Shown here: positions 38,401 through 52,912 of the stretch, one piece after another
Layout of the letters: every line of letters starts with the position of its first letter
Position numbering within the stretch: the first letter of the stretch is position 1
Made by a program: the position numbers and the translations under genes
The notes under the pieces: generated by a model
What the model was told of the DNA's origin: nothing
Seen by the model: only the letters and a program-made list of their open reading frames with translations
The model's database searches: none
Assembly: GCA_965153455.1 (NCBI GenBank)
Contig: OZ234493.1
Location: 20,078,213-20,142,212, forward strand
Direction: 5' to 3'
Length of the DNA: 64,000 nt
Source: Sphagnum compactum
Taxonomy: Eukaryota

Positions 38401-38939
38401 TTGCAAGATAAAATATGTGTATGAATGTGATGGCAAGTTGAGGAATGCAAATAGTTGTGCAACTCACATTATGAATGTCATTTGTAGAAATAGCCATTCA
38501 AGGCCTTTCTTGGCAAGCTAAAAAAAAATTCAAATTTGTTTAAAGGCTTCAGCGTTTCTTTGCCTCTAATTTAGACAAATTTTAATGGTTGAATTAGGCA
38601 ATGAAAGTTTCAACACATGGTCACAAGTGTTAATTGTTCTTTTGTTGATGTATTAAAAACTTGTGAATTACCACTCACAACTTGTTGCATAGACAAGGGT
38701 TTTGGGTGTGGCAGTTGTAGGCATTTCTTTACCTAGTTCAAGAGGATTGCCTTAGCGCTGTGCACCATGTTTATGTAGGCAAAAAATATGGAATCATACT
38801 GTAGTAATCATGTTTCTCAAAGTTTTGAAAGGGTTGACTCCAATAATTGACACAATTTAACTTCTACAATGGGCCTGGGCACATTAATTTGGATGAAGTA
38901 AAAACATTAAATAGCATGAAACTTAGTTAAGACTTGTAA

Positions 38940-39233
38940 GGGCATCCCCATGGCAGCACTAAAATGGTCTTTACACAGTATTTTGGGTGAAGTGTAATCA
39001 CTAAATAGTGTCGAACTCAACCTACATGCACAAATATGCACCACATAGAACAAGGTCAACAAAAGAAAATGACTGCTTTTAATTGGCTGAAGTGGTGGAG
39101 TTTAAGTAGTCTCTCACTTTATGCTGTCTATAATTTCATGTTTGTGTGAGGGTGGGGAAAAAATTAACATGTTATATTGGATGTGATAAACAGTATTAAG
39201 AGACCCAACCATGGGGTGTGGATGGAGATGCTC
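38940..39233. mobile_element. Tourist/PIF-like MITE (family B)
   Basis: TAA|GGGCATCCCCA...TGGAGATGCTC. Related copies at ~40396-40605 and, inverted, at ~43583-43770. Confidence 0.7.
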
Positions 39234-40669
39234 CAAATCCAGTAGACATATTTTAGAAAGAGAGTTCCTTTTTCGAGGCTTGTTCTTGGGAGGATTAACC
39301 GAGATTGGAACTTAGGAACAAACAACAAACCCTATCCTCTGAATACTGTCAGGCTTTTGCAAACCTTTTTACATAATTGAAGTAGTTTTAGAATAGTCTC
39401 ATATGGAACTCCATTCCATGAAATTAATTAGCTGCAGTAATTGACAAACTAATAGTCAACAAACCACAACTTAATGGAGGGTACTCTATAATAAGGATGA
39501 TAAACAGTTGGGGAACTGACTGGCCAACTCACTTCAAGAAAAGCCCAACAGATAAGCAAGTGGAAGTCCCCCATAAACTAAAACAGTACCAGGGGATGCT
39601 GCTTTCGAAAACACTGCCAATGCCTGAAAAGCGAAACTATTAATATAGAGTTACTGGGACTTAATGAACTCTCGAAACTACCCAGCTACCAGAAACAAAA
39701 ATAAATTCCCCCAATTGTATAGTCATAAACTAAGCTATTTTAAGTTTTGGGAATCTCCTTGCAGAATTTGACGACGTGCATGGCAATGTAGCTACCCAAA
39801 AATTCTACCCTAAACTCTAAGTTGCAGTGTTATTGGCCCTCTTGAGACTAGAGAACACTGCTGAGTTCATTGGGTCCCACAAATATTTGTGAGGAATGTT
39901 CGCCAACTGTGAGTTTAGGTTCAAAAAAACTTCATGGAACATTTCTTATTATAACTGTTGTTGCTGGTTTCAACTGCCCCATTGAAAGGTTTAGAGGCAA
40001 GAATATTACGCCAATACCAGCTGCTGCTTGTTATTACTGCTGCAACTAGCTGTTCAGAGTTCAATTATTTCAGGGGCAAAAAATACTTCCTACCAGACCT
40101 AGATTCCCATATGTAAGTAACTCATCATTCCCTCTTCTGACGGCGCTTCCATGCAGAACAGAACGCCACTATCGGCCAAAATGCAGGCGCACCCACTTGT
40201 ACACTAAAGCCCCATGGGGATTGGTGAAGAGGGGAACCTTTCTTGATGAATTCCCACGTACCCTTTAACTAGGGTCTGTCAGGGTATGCCCATCCATAGC
40301 AGTAAAGTAGCTTGTAGACTGTTTTTTTAGGCCTTCTTTTAGTAGTCAAAATAGTGTGAAACAAAATTTAGGCCTGTAAATATAAACAAAATACAGTGCC
40401 CTCCAAGAGGGCCCCATAAAGTAACAGTTATTTTTTATTGGCCGGGCACAATGAGTGGCCAAGGTGGTGACATTTTAAGTAGTATTTCACTTTATGCTGT
40501 TTATTTGTTCATATTTATGGGTTGGGATGGGGGAATAACTAACACTTTATGTTGGTGTGATAAATATTGATAGATGCCCAAATAGGAATGTGGGTGGAGA
40601 TGTTCTAGAGATACTTATTATTACCATTTATACTCATTGTCACCATATTTAGTTTTTGGCCTTGCCTAC

Positions 40670-40980
40670 CAAGGCAACGATATTGTGTTTAGATTCACTA
40701 TAGATTATAGTAGCTTAAGGGATTTTGGCCCCGAGGTAATAATAGGTCTATTTTTATATGAGGATTTTTGAAAGATGATATTAAAGCTTGTGTTGAAATT
40801 TGAGATGTAGTTATAGAATTATGATATCTTGAAGGATTTTGGTTTCTTCTAGAGGATGTTTTTTCAAGATTATATTTTTGCATGGTGAAATATTTGAATT
40901 TCCATAATTCTTCCTTTGGCTTAATATACTTTTTCATGTAAATGGCGAGGCCAGAGTGTGACACACCACTTGTTTGAAAT
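40670..40980. repeat. dispersed repeat H, uninterrupted copy (empty Helitron site)
   Basis: Collinear with 62120-62157 plus 62748-63010. Confidence 0.9.
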
Positions 40981-41221
40981 GGGAATAGCTGTAATTTTTA
41001 AGTTCTCTAAAAAGTTACTGACAACAACCCTCAACTACAAACCTATAATGAAAGAGAAGAGGACGTACACATTTTCAAAATGGTTGCACTTTCTAATGGA
41101 AAGTGACTCTCCTATAGCCGCGAGGGGCAGGGATTTCAATCACTTTCCGTTACCTTGCTGTCATCCCAATTTCTCCATTTCCATTACCTTGCTGTCAATC
41201 CAACTTTCTCACATTCCATGA

Positions 41222-41292
41222 TCTTGTTGTCATCCTAGTTTCTCATGTCATGAGAGTTCCGTCTCATGACATGAGAAAATGACAGCAAGGCA
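41222..41292. repeat. hairpin with perfect 17-bp stem, preceded by ~35-bp tandem units
   Basis: tttctcatgtcatgaga-gttccg-tctcatgacatgagaaa; the outer stem pairs cttgttgtcat with atgacagcaag. Confidence 0.9.
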
Positions 41293-42626
41293 CAGGAAAG
41301 AGACCCTAATTCACCAATTGCGTAACGACAAGTCATGATTATGAGCCATGATAACTTTTACCCCAATGGAGTTTTGAATTGATCAGTTGTGACAGTGTAG
41401 AGACCACGGTCTGAAATTTTCACAGGCGATAATTTCTCATCAGACTAGTCAGGAGTTTAATTGCTGGAGTAATGAAGGAGAGGCAAGCAGCCCATGATTT
41501 GGTCCTTTTTGACTGTTGCATTGGGTGCTGTGCGGCTGGCTGATCAGACTCCCTTGCCTGGTGTTGCGTGTGTGGCCGGCTACGTTTGGGGGCACTTGGA
41601 CTTGTGTGTAAGTAGTAGTAGTACTGTGCACTGATCTGGCGCAGAACTCAGGGCAAGCAACAGTTCTTATTGCCCTCCTTGCGCTGCTCGACCTGTCTTT
41701 ATGTCACTGCTGTAGCTGCAGGCGCTGCTGCTGCCCTGGGTCGCTTGTCGCTCCAGACTTGCAGTAACGGTCTGGTATCAGGCGATTTGCATTCGAGGAA
41801 AGAGGATGGGGGCGTTCGTTCGAACTTGGGCGACTTCAAGCTTTGCAGGACGCTAAATTATAACAGGGTCTGGCGTACTGTCATCATAGTAGGTGACGAG
41901 GACGAGCACTAGTCCGAATCTAGTCGTGGCTCTTTGATCTTCTCGCTTTTTGCAACCAATTCGGAACCTACCATGAATGTATTTAGAAAGAACTATTCCC
42001 AGAAGTGGCTAGTAAGCACTGGGCAGAAGCTAGGAGGCGTTGACCACCATATTTTCTTTGCTGCGCTTCAGGTATGATGAAGTTTGAACTACGAAGTGGA
42101 ATAATGAGACTTGCGCATGAAGGCCAACTCAACAATTCATGGCCACTTGTGTAAATACCAAGTTAGGGCATGCAAGTTGCAGCAGGGATATTTTTTCTTC
42201 CAACAATACCAACTCCTGTAAACGTGTAGAAGCGTGCAGACTTGAGGTGTGACGAACTAGATAGAACTGTGCTGCTGAAGCACTACCTACACAACGAATC
42301 GTAGCCACAAGAATGCTAGGGTTGTAGCAGGGATATTTCTTCTAAAGTGGAACTCTCATAAGTGTGACCCTGATAATATCTTTTAGAATATTAGCTCAAC
42401 CTACATGATGACAAAATTTTATTCCAAAACAAAATTGCCAAAGAGAGAGGGAGATGCTAGAAATATCCATTTGTAATTTTCTTGAGGAATAAATTCTTTC
42501 TGAAAATCTAGATTCTTAGAATTATCTGACCTGTATCTTCTATATCAATTGATATTAGTACCTACAGCAACCGCAGAAAATGCTCAATGGAATGGCTACC
42601 AATCACTTGATGTGCTATATATTTTA

Positions 42627-42917
42627 GAGCAACTCCACTGGTGCTCCATATGTGACCCTGCAAATTGAAATTGGATGAAAAAATGTCAAAACATGCCAGT
42701 TTGGCTATGAGGTTGGTAAAAGGCACAACAAGCCTAACACCCACTGTTCATGGGCTAGATAGTTTGATTGGTCCAGGTGGGTTGCTATTAGTTGTCTCCC
42801 ATCTATTTGCAGTCTCAGTTTTAGTTTTAGGGGTGGGTTGGAAAAGAGGAAATAACTAAACTTGAATGTGAGAAATATTTATGCACGGTCACATACTGAG
42901 CACCAGTGGAGTTGCTC
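42627..42917. mobile_element. Tourist/PIF-Harbinger-type MITE (family A), TSD TTA
   Basis: Perfect 20-bp TIR GAGCAACTCCACTGGTGCTC, with TTA at 42624-42626 and 42918-42920. Confidence 0.93.
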
Positions 42918-43949
42918 TTAGTTTTCTCCTTTTCGTAAAATGCCACTGGGAAAAGCATTTTGCAGGAATATTTGGCAGAGTTTCATAATAAAAAAAGATT
43001 GTATAATCTGAGTGGTCCCGACTCCCTACCCTCGCCCCTAACATTTAGAGGAGTTTGGGTTTGCAGTATGGACCATCTTGACTTTAATCATCTCGGCGGA
43101 ATTATTACCCTGACTTGTTGTAGGCAAATCATTTGCTTATAGCTAGGGCATTCATCTTGGAGTGCAGGAACAAGAAAAGTTAAAACAGTCTACTGGAAGG
43201 CAGTAGTTGTTGGTCGACACGCAGGCCTGTCGCAGGGAGCACCAGCATCTTCACTACCCGTCACTCCACTCATCAATTTTGCCGTCAACTTGCTGATGCC
43301 GACGGCTGCATGGTCCTTGCACCCAGGACTAAGCATTATGAATGAGTGACCTAGCTGTTCAGAACTTGACGCCCAGAAATCAATGTCCCCAATTCTATAT
43401 CGACAGTAACAGACTAACAAAACATGCAGTCGGTCTCTAACTTACATATCAAGACGTCAACAGTCAAGACCCATCAGTCAAAATACGTCTTTGCCAGTCC
43501 ACAGAAAATCTTCTTGTATTATCCCTGAAGATTATCTAACTGTCAACTACGAGATCAGTCAGTTTAAAACCCTTAGGCAGTCTCCAGTCTCCACCCACGG
43601 CCTCTTCTTGTGTTCACTACATCCAACATGGAGTGTTAATTATTTCCTCATCCCCATCCCATAAACATAAAAAATAAGGCAACATATAAATTGAGAGAGT
43701 ATTCAAATTCTACAACCCAAGCCAATCATTATGACCAACCTATCAAAAGTAATCATTTTCTTTCTCTAGCCATTTTGGAAATTAATGTACCAAGTGGATA
43801 TTTCCAAGTTCAAACTCAATTTCGCACGATTTACCCTATCCATATTTACAAGTCCAAATTTGGTTTCATACTTGTTATGATGTGCATATTTATATAGGTC
43901 CAAACCCAATTTCCCACTATGTATCTATAAGTTACATTTCATACAAATT

Positions 43950-44930
43950 GGTCATGACCCTACCTTAGTGCTCATGATCAAGGTTGGGTCAAGACAAGAG
44001 AAACAAGGTAAGAATGAAATCAAAGCATGGTAATGTTCGAACACACTCCCAAGGTGAGTGGTAAGTATTTGTGAGTGAAAGGGAGGAGCTCCCGTGATTC
44101 ATAAAGGCATTTTCACTTTGCAAGTGGAGGGTCCCATGAAGTCTTTGGAGCTATGGGACAAGGTTAGGGCAACAAATTTGGTCCACATTAAGTGATCTTT
44201 CACTTGTTCAAAAGATATTGTTGAGTACTACAAGATAGTGAATTTTCATTTTGAGAACAAACCTTTATTGCATAAGTTATGGTCATTTGAAAACAATGAA
44301 TTTCATGGTAATCAAGTTGATTGAAAATATGCAAGGACAAAGACTACCACCAAGATGACTCTTGACCATTCATACCATCATTTAGGAACCAATTGATGTT
44401 CAACTCATGAACTTGACATGTTGAAACCTTGTCTTTGAGGGCTACAAGATAATGTACTTGCATGTTCAATTTAATTAAGTTGCATAAAAATTATGGGCCT
44501 CTAAAGTGATGGAATTACAAAAGAGTAAAACTTTTGAAAATTGATTTTTGGAGTCTTGAAAAACATGTCATTTCAACATAGGTGTGACAATGAGATACAT
44601 AGTATATCATATAGAGGAAGGTCTAGTGTTTTCTTGAGCATTTGGGCCACATGGGGAGTTTTGTGAATGCATGTAAATAATCTATGAACCAAAATTGGAT
44701 ACAACTTTATTAATTGGCCTCTTTATTTGGTTTGTGAAGTTTGATATGACTGAAATGGAGTTTGACATGAAGAGTCAATTTGTTTTAGTCTTATCTTGAA
44801 GTCCACACTACCCTTGTTTAGTCATGAAGTGCTAGGGAATGTGCATTGGGATCTTGCATTCCATTGCCAAAATTAAGATTTGGGAAATATTTTACCATTG
44901 ATACCACTTAACAATCCTAGGGGTGTGTCA
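43950..44930. mobile_element. solo LTR, diverged relative of family S
   Basis: (G)GTCATGACCC...GGGGTGTGTCA with flanks AAATT/AACTT (4 of 5 match). Motif order parallels 56413-57323. Confidence 0.6.
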
Positions 44931-45661
44931 AACTTACATTGTATAGGCTATTATATTGTTGTTCATGGAGATGCTTTTCTGTGAAATTGTAACAAAATTT
45001 CAATATGTATTCTTGGTTCGCAAATCAAAAAATAGTTTTACAAAATCTATGAATATGTTTTGAGTAAAATTTCATCACGTATATTTGTAATAAGACATTG
45101 ATAATATTAATTACAATATGACATTACTCCAAATTATTTTCATGTAATACAACTTTGAACAACCTATTTTCTCTAATTGAATTAATTTTCATTATTTCCA
45201 TTTGTCAAGGTAGTAAATCTAAAAAATAATAAAGAATCCATGTCTTGACTCCATAAAAGTCAAAAATTAATCACAATCAAGGTGCCCAAAAAGAATGTCA
45301 CATTATAAATGATTCCAATTCACAAAACTCAACTATGTTTTTCCTTGTAGTTTTAATTCAATTCAAATGACCAATGAGTTTTATAACTTGCAATAAACAT
45401 AAGCATGGTTCATTTTTATTTAAGTTTGGGCAGAATTTAATGTACTAAAAATTCCTAAAAAATAAATACTATTCATTGCCATGAAAAATAACCCATCTAC
45501 ACTTTTCAAACTCTTAATATAAAATGATTTTTAGAATGGAAATTTCAAAATGTTCTAGGCTACAAACACCTAAGGACTACTAAATGAGCAATATATAAGG
45601 TGTTGTAAAACAAAATATAACAAACATATAAATATAAACTAATGTTAAGGATAAAAACACA

Positions 45662-47559
45662 CACTAAAAGAAATCTTGTATTATGCAATCATTCAATTTG
45701 TGATTATATGTGATTAATTGTCATTTTCAACTATGTTTTGTCATTTTTACATCTACTCACCATCCTTTTCAATCTCTTACTTTTTTTACAAATATGGTGT
45801 GAATAATTTGTGACTATTAAGTTTTCCACATTTTCATGTTTACTAATTTTTTGGGTTTTCATTCAAAAAGAGGCTTTCATGTAAAATTAATTGCAAAAGT
45901 AGTTGTAACTTAGTAACCTTTATGTGGTGTACCTACATCTTTGAAGTATATTAAAATGTTTTAAAATATATTAGAGATATGTTTGTAGACTTGTGTATTT
46001 ATGTCATATTTTGAGCATGTTAAGTATACATTTTATATATATTGTGGGTTGCCTAAATAGGTCAATAGGTACGTAGGTTTCCCTACTAACTAAATATTAT
46101 ATTTAATATGCAAAATATATTAATATTTAAAAGTCTATTTGTTCTAGATAATAGTGATTATTGATTAATAATGATTAAATAGAGTTAATTAATTTTTTAT
46201 TTATCAAATTTTAAATATTAATTTATAGCTCACTAATTAATTATTAACTATAATTAAATTATTATCAAGTAAAATAATTAGGAATTATTGATCAATTAAA
46301 TTACTACCTACTAATTGATTATTATATTTACTAAATAATAAAATAGTAATAGTTAAAAGTTAACTAATTATTTAATGGTATTATTTAATTACAGGTGATT
46401 AGTTAGTTACTATTTTTAGAAAATTATTAACTAATTAACTAACAACTAACCTAGTTATTTATTTTTTTATTATTACTAAATTAAATATAAAATAAACATA
46501 ATATTATTAATAAATATTATGTTATTAATTATTAATTATATTAACTTATAAATAAAATAGTTGTTTGTTCATTATAAGTGTGTTAATAGTAATAATTAAT
46601 TAATTTTCTAGTTAATTAGTTAGTTATTTATTTTGTTATATAATTTACAAAAAAATTAAAAGAACAAAGGATATGGGCTAAACTTTCTAGTTACAAATTA
46701 ATTTGCAAATAAGTTACCTATTTGTGAACTATATTGTGATTAGAAAATTTATCCCATTTGCTTTGTCCTCTATTTTCCATCTTGTAAACTATATAAGGAA
46801 GGTGTTTTTTCTTACATTTTCATATTTTTAAAAATGTGTCTTGTTTGGGATGGACCAATCAAAAAGGTTCAATCGTAAAAATTAAACCCAAAATAAAATA
46901 GAAATTTACATTCATACCCCCTAATTTACCTACCTCCCTAACATAGGTATGTAGGTTGATAGGTCTACCAACCTACCTACCTAAACATTGATTTAAATTT
47001 ATCTTTACTAGTTTTTAATTTATGTTTCATGAGTTTTGCCCAAATTATGCCACATGGAAAAATCCCATAAAAGCAAATTATGCCACATGACAAAATCCCA
47101 TTATAACATATTATGGCACATGGTAAAATCCCATTATAACATATTATGCCACATGATAGACCCCCATGAAATGAATTATGCCACATGGCATATTTCCATT
47201 GATCAATGTTGTGACATTATAGGCTATTTACAATAAATGATGAAGATCAAATTTATATTTTCAAAAAAAAATACAAGAAAGTTACCAAGTGGCAATTAAT
47301 GAATAAGTTATATTTTAATCACAAAAATAGGGACTAATTGCAAGTTGCACATGGATAGTCACCATATGAAATCATATATGTTGACCGTATACATCATCCA
47401 TATGGATTGAGTTGACATCATGGTGAGTCATCATTTGTGCCTAAATGTTGGGTGTGACTTCATTTATATAACTAATAGATTTCTAATTGCCAATGTTCAT
47501 TGTAACTTAATATTTATAATCACAAAATACAATTGCAAATTGACATTTTTCTTTTAATA
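45662..47559. mobile_element. non-autonomous CACTA element, TSD ACA
   Basis: CACTAAAAGAAA / TTTCTTTTAATA (two G>A changes), with ACA on both sides. Internal homology to 13456-15126; ~33-bp tandem array at ~47040-47190. Confidence 0.75.
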
Positions 47560-48344
47560 ACACTACAATAAAGGTAATGTACTTTTATGCAAATCACAAT
47601 GGTAGTTTTTATCTATCTTAGTCAAATCTTGTTGAATACAATTCAAATGCATTTGAAAAAAATTATGAAAATGAAATGAGTAACAAAACAAAATGTTTTT
47701 ATCCTCCCAACTTTGAAAATTTTACACCAAAAATATCAATATTTAGTGGAAAATGGACTTTACAATGTAGGTGCATCTAGTATCAAAATCCAAAAACATT
47801 ATGGTTATGAATTTTTGTGAAATTGAAAGTCATGTTCACAACTTTGGGAAACCCTTTTTAGATTACTTATAATACTTAAAATGAAAAAATCAAGAAAGGA
47901 AAGGCCTCTTTTTTAAAAAAACTTAATTGAAGACCTCAAATCACAAAGTCCATTTAAATATCTAAAGTTATTTTTCCAATACCCATATTTTATAGGATTC
48001 ATTTTTTTTTAAAAATTAGCGTGATTTGAACTTGGACATGAAAAACAAGTTAACTTCAACATCATTTAAATGTTTTAACTTGAACTAGATATGAACTCTC
48101 AAAATCAACTTTCAATACCCATGTTGGTCCACCCTAGTGTGCAACTACATAAAAAATTTACAAAACATTGAAACATTTTAAATACATGTAACTTCAATTG
48201 CATGCACGTCACACAACTAGAACTAATTAAAATGCTTTGTATTTAAATAAGAATATAAAGTCTTGAATGTGGGGTACCTTAATTTTGACTATGGGGTCCA
48301 AGTTTGCTTAAATGTCTTAAAGAAACTATTATAATGGTATCCTT

Positions 48345-50445
48345 TCTATGGGTACCATGGCTCAAGGATGCCAAAATAACACATGATTTAGGAAATGACA
48401 TGGTTACAATATAAGGAAATGGTACCATCAAAGCCATAGTAATAGTGTTAAATATTTGGGTAGTGATGTGAAAAGACCAAAAAATTTACTATGTTTTGAC
48501 ATCACAATGGCATCACAGATGAGGAAGAGGATTTGATATTCATTAATGAGCTTGAACTATTTTCTATCAGTACATTAGTCTACCCTGAAAGGTAGTACAA
48601 CCTCATTTGTAATCAATACAATTTAGAATGACAAAGGAATAGAAAAACCAACTTCTAATGCATTATCGAACGTTGTAAACAAACACAAAGTTGTTCTTCA
48701 AGTAGTGGTCAACAAAGAACCTAAATAGCTTTGGAAGACAAGGTGTATCTTGAAATTTACTACCACCATAGGCCATGTCATGTATAAATAGATGAAACAC
48801 TAACAAAATTAAAAGTGTAAGAAATGTAGATTACAAGGTGGATTTCAACTAAAGAACAACAATTCATGATGATTAACTTGGGTATAGAAGATAGGACTTC
48901 CATAGATGATAAAAGTCAATGCACAATTGGACTAGGAAAACATGAATTTGTTGAAAGAACTACTAATGGATGTACGAGGACATCTTTGCATGGACATATA
49001 AAGATGTAAAAGGCATACCATCAGAATTGGCACATCATCATACTAAATTGGACACATTTATTCCACCTACACATCAGGCCAAGTCTAGAATGAATCCAAA
49101 CTATGTTGCAGATGTTAAATAGGACATAGACAAATTATTAACAACAATATTTATACAACCGGTAGAGGAAGCCACTTGGATGTCACCAATTACGAGCATA
49201 TTTAAAAAGAACCTTAGCAAGTTCAAAATTTGTGTAAACTTCAAAAAACTAAATGCATCTACCAAGAAAGATCCATATCCATTGCCTTTTACATATGACA
49301 TATTAAACACAATTGTAGGACATGATGCATATTCATTCCTAGATGGATATTATGGATACAACTAAATATCCATAACACCAAAGGAGATATACAAGACAAC
49401 ATTTGTAACAAATTGGGTAGCTTTCACTTGGGTAGTATGCAATTTGGGGTTAAAAATGGACTTCCCGCTTACTAAAGAGTAATAAATAGAGTTTTCAAAA
49501 AATATTTAAACAAATTCATGAATTGTTTTTTGGTGACTTTATTTTGTACAATGATATGGACATTCATCTAACTAAACTTAAACTATGCTTTCATAAATGC
49601 AAAAAATTTGGGATTAACTTAAATACAAACAAATGTGCATTTTTGGTATTTTTAGGGATGATACTAAGATTTATAGTTTCCAAAGAGGGTAAATTACTAA
49701 ACCTTAGTAAAAAAAATCCAAGCCATAGTTTAGATGCATGGTCCAACTAATCCACAATAGATTCATGTGTTTAATGGAATGGTTCAATTCTATAGATTTT
49801 TGATCAAGAATTTTGCATTTATCATGGCTCCAATTACCAAATTCATGAAGAAGACATAATAATTTCTATGGACCCCAAAATGCCAATTATCTTAGGAGCT
49901 GATAAAGTAGAAGTACATAGAAGCACCTATTCTTATATCTCCTAATTGGGATATAGGATTTCATGTCCAAACCTATGCATCATTACTAGTTGTAGATGCC
50001 ATGTTAGCACAAAACCTAATAGGAAAACATGACTAGCTTGTAATTTATGCTTCTAGACTACTTAATAGTGTAGTTCACAAAACTAAAGTACCACAAAATG
50101 AGAAGCCTTAGCCATGGTAGTTGGACCCACAAGTTTAGGCATTACCTATTGGGTAATAAGTTTGTGTTTTATGTAAACCATATGACTTTGGTGTATTTAG
50201 TGAACAACCCAAATGTTTCAAGTCGTATTGTTAAATGGTTATTCTTGTTCTTGGAATATGACTTTACCATATTGTATAAGTTAAGGTGTATCCATGTGGT
50301 AGCAGATGAGTTATCAATACTACCAAACATCACAAAACCAACAAGTGTCCCTAACCAAATTACATATGCAAATTTATTCCATTTATAGCCAATTTGGCTA
50401 GAAAATAAAAAAATTATCTACAAATGGGACAAATGTCTAGTATTT
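48345..50445 (+). pseudogene. Ty3/gypsy protease C-term + RT + RNase H remnant (family 3)
   Basis: PWLKDAKITHD, FAWTY, ATWMSPI, KICVNFKKLNASTKKDPYPLPF, YSFLDGYYGYN, IYASRLLN and KFRHYLLGNKFVFYV; many stops. Confidence 0.88.
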
Positions 50446-52009
50446 TGGTCCATCAACCCAAAAGCACTCATTATACTACCTAATACTTGTTAGTTCCTAT
50501 TCAATAGTACTTGCTTACTAAGTTTACATGTACACACAACTATAAATCTTGAAGGAAAAATATAAGTTGAATTTGCAAGCACAATTCAATTTCAATTTTT
50601 TTTCAAAAATCATTTTAAATTTTATATATTATTTTGCACATCAATGAATAGATCTTTGAAAGATCTTGAAAAAAATATTCATTTGTTTTATTTGAATAAG
50701 ACATGGTGAAAAAAATGCATTTCAAAGTTTGGATGTGTGAAAAGATTCAAAATGGAACATGTTAATAACAAAGTTTTACAAGGTTTATCACAACATAAAG
50801 GTGTGGTGAGTTGGTTAAAAAGTTGGCATGAGTACATGTGGCCGAAAAGGTTAAGGGTTCAACTCCCATTCTTTAAATACCTAGGGGAATGTGTGAAGAT
50901 GGTGTACAACCCTAGGCTATGGAATGTATGACTTCGCACCACAACTTAAGTGGGTAACTGGCATCTATTGATGTACCTATTTTATGACCCACCCACCTAC
51001 CTACCTACATTTAATTTCAAAATTAAAAAATTGACCCAAAAGAATCATTGCCCAAAATTTTTGTTATTTGATTTGACCAATCAAATAGCCCACCACTTGG
51101 CTAATAAAAAAGACCACTAGTCAAATAAGTCATGTCAAACATGGCTTGAACAAAATGATTAGTGGCCTTTTCGACTAGTGTCCAAAAAGGGTATTCTTTG
51201 GTCAAAATGTCCAATGAAAAGAGTCATGATTTGTAGAAGTCAACTGACAATTTTTTGACAACCATATTTTGATCCAAACGATAGTCCTACTTGTGCATTG
51301 TTATGACAGGAATGAAGTGAGAAACTCTATAATAGCACAAGGAATTTGTGTTGATGTGTGAAGAAGGTATTAGAAACATAGAGTACATTATGAATATTGT
51401 CAGCTTCAAGGGTTAAAGCACACTAAAATGGAGTACTTTTTGGCATATGCGAAGTCCATATTAGTGTTAAAATAAAAGTCTATTTTACATTGATAGTAGA
51501 ATATATTATATTGCACAAGTCATATGGCAAGGCTAAACAATTTTTTTTTTACTTTTAGACTTTATCAATTATAAAAGATTGTATAAAAAATTTACATTTA
51601 AAAATGAAAAGTTGAATTATTAATCTGAATGAATAAAAAAATCTACAAAAAATCCATATTTCATTGTATATCTCAATTTATGGTTTTCAAATCCTTCAAA
51701 ATTGTATTCCTTTGTATCAATGGCATCACACTGTTTTCTATGTCAAAACAAAAATCATCCAACTAAACATTTTAGTAAATATAATGAGTCCATAATTATA
51801 TGATATGGATTGTGATGCAAGGTTTTTGGCACTTCAAAAGTCCAATATGTTATGGTAATTCAAATCTATTCATGAAATTCATACAATGTGATCATATCAC
51901 GTGTAATAATATTTTTTTGAGTTTTTTTTACATATTATTCATTTATATATTGTTCCATGACTCATGATTGATAATCCAACATGTTGTGACAAGATTATGT
52001 ACTCCACCT

Positions 52010-52900
52010 TAGTGTGTTTTCACCCTCAAAAATAGGGATGATAGCTATGGGAAACCAGATAATTGCCAAGTCAAGCATGTATTATACAAATTGTCATCAC
52101 ATAATCCATAATGTTGAAATGTGTAAAAGCAAAAAGAAGAAGGAACTTATTGTAGCTACTATTGAAATCACTGCATTAGTTGGTAAGTTCCCCCAAGACC
52201 ATTAAACTATCCTTGTCATATTTGTAGGATAATGGGAGACAAATTGATGAATTGTTTAAGGTTTGGCAAAATGTATAACATCTTAAAAAACAAGGGATGG
52301 AAAACTATAAAAACGAAACCAATAGCTAAGGTAAAAGTCACCATTGTTTCAGTTAACATTGGTGACATTCATGTGACCACTCAAAGTAAGGCAAGTGAAG
52401 AATATGTGTTCAAGGATCAAGAACCAAGGAAGAACAAATCTATAATTGATTAAGAAACAAAAGAAAAGTTGAAAAAGATTTTGGAGAAAACCATATAACA
52501 AATGTAGATAGCTAGTCCACCACTTAATTTACCTGCCACTATAGTAGGAGAATGGACTATCGGTTGGATCAAAATGTTAAGTTTAGTAGAACTTGTAGAG
52601 TAACCAAAAATTCAGGAAATATTTTTTACCTCTCCAAGTAGACTCATATATGTTGAGGAGATATTCCACGATATTAATAAATAGATGTTGGAAACCAATT
52701 ATACATTAAACCTTGGACAATTACTCAAAATAACACTAGACCTGAAAAAATACTTATGGTAAAAATTGAAAATGGATAAAATTACAAATTAATACTAGGC
52801 CTATGAGTGACGAAACAACCCTATTTATAGTTCTTGACATCAGCATAACATTAGTTGTTTTAGGCAACCATATGGCTATTTTTCAAGTACAAATAGGAAT
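52010..52900 (+). pseudogene. gag C-term / protease N-term remnant (family 3)
   Basis: YYTNCHHIIHNVEMC and YPCHICRIMGDKLMNC knuckle remnants; KDQEPRKNKS; LNLGQLLKI; NHMAIFQVQIG. Confidence 0.65.
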
Positions 52901-52912
52901 AAATCTATATGA

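Noticed and set aside
39473..39643. NSWGTDW, resembling the papain Asn motif
   Set aside because: Isolated 7-mer with no upstream His motif, and the downstream sequence does not match papain; likely chance.
47040..47190. ~33-bp repeat array (CRISPR-like at first glance)
   Set aside because: Head-to-tail minisatellite without unique spacers, inside a CACTA element in eukaryotic DNA.
47561..47572. CACTACAATAAA as the start of another CACTA element
   Set aside because: It overlaps the ACA TSD of the preceding element, and no matching right TIR was found.
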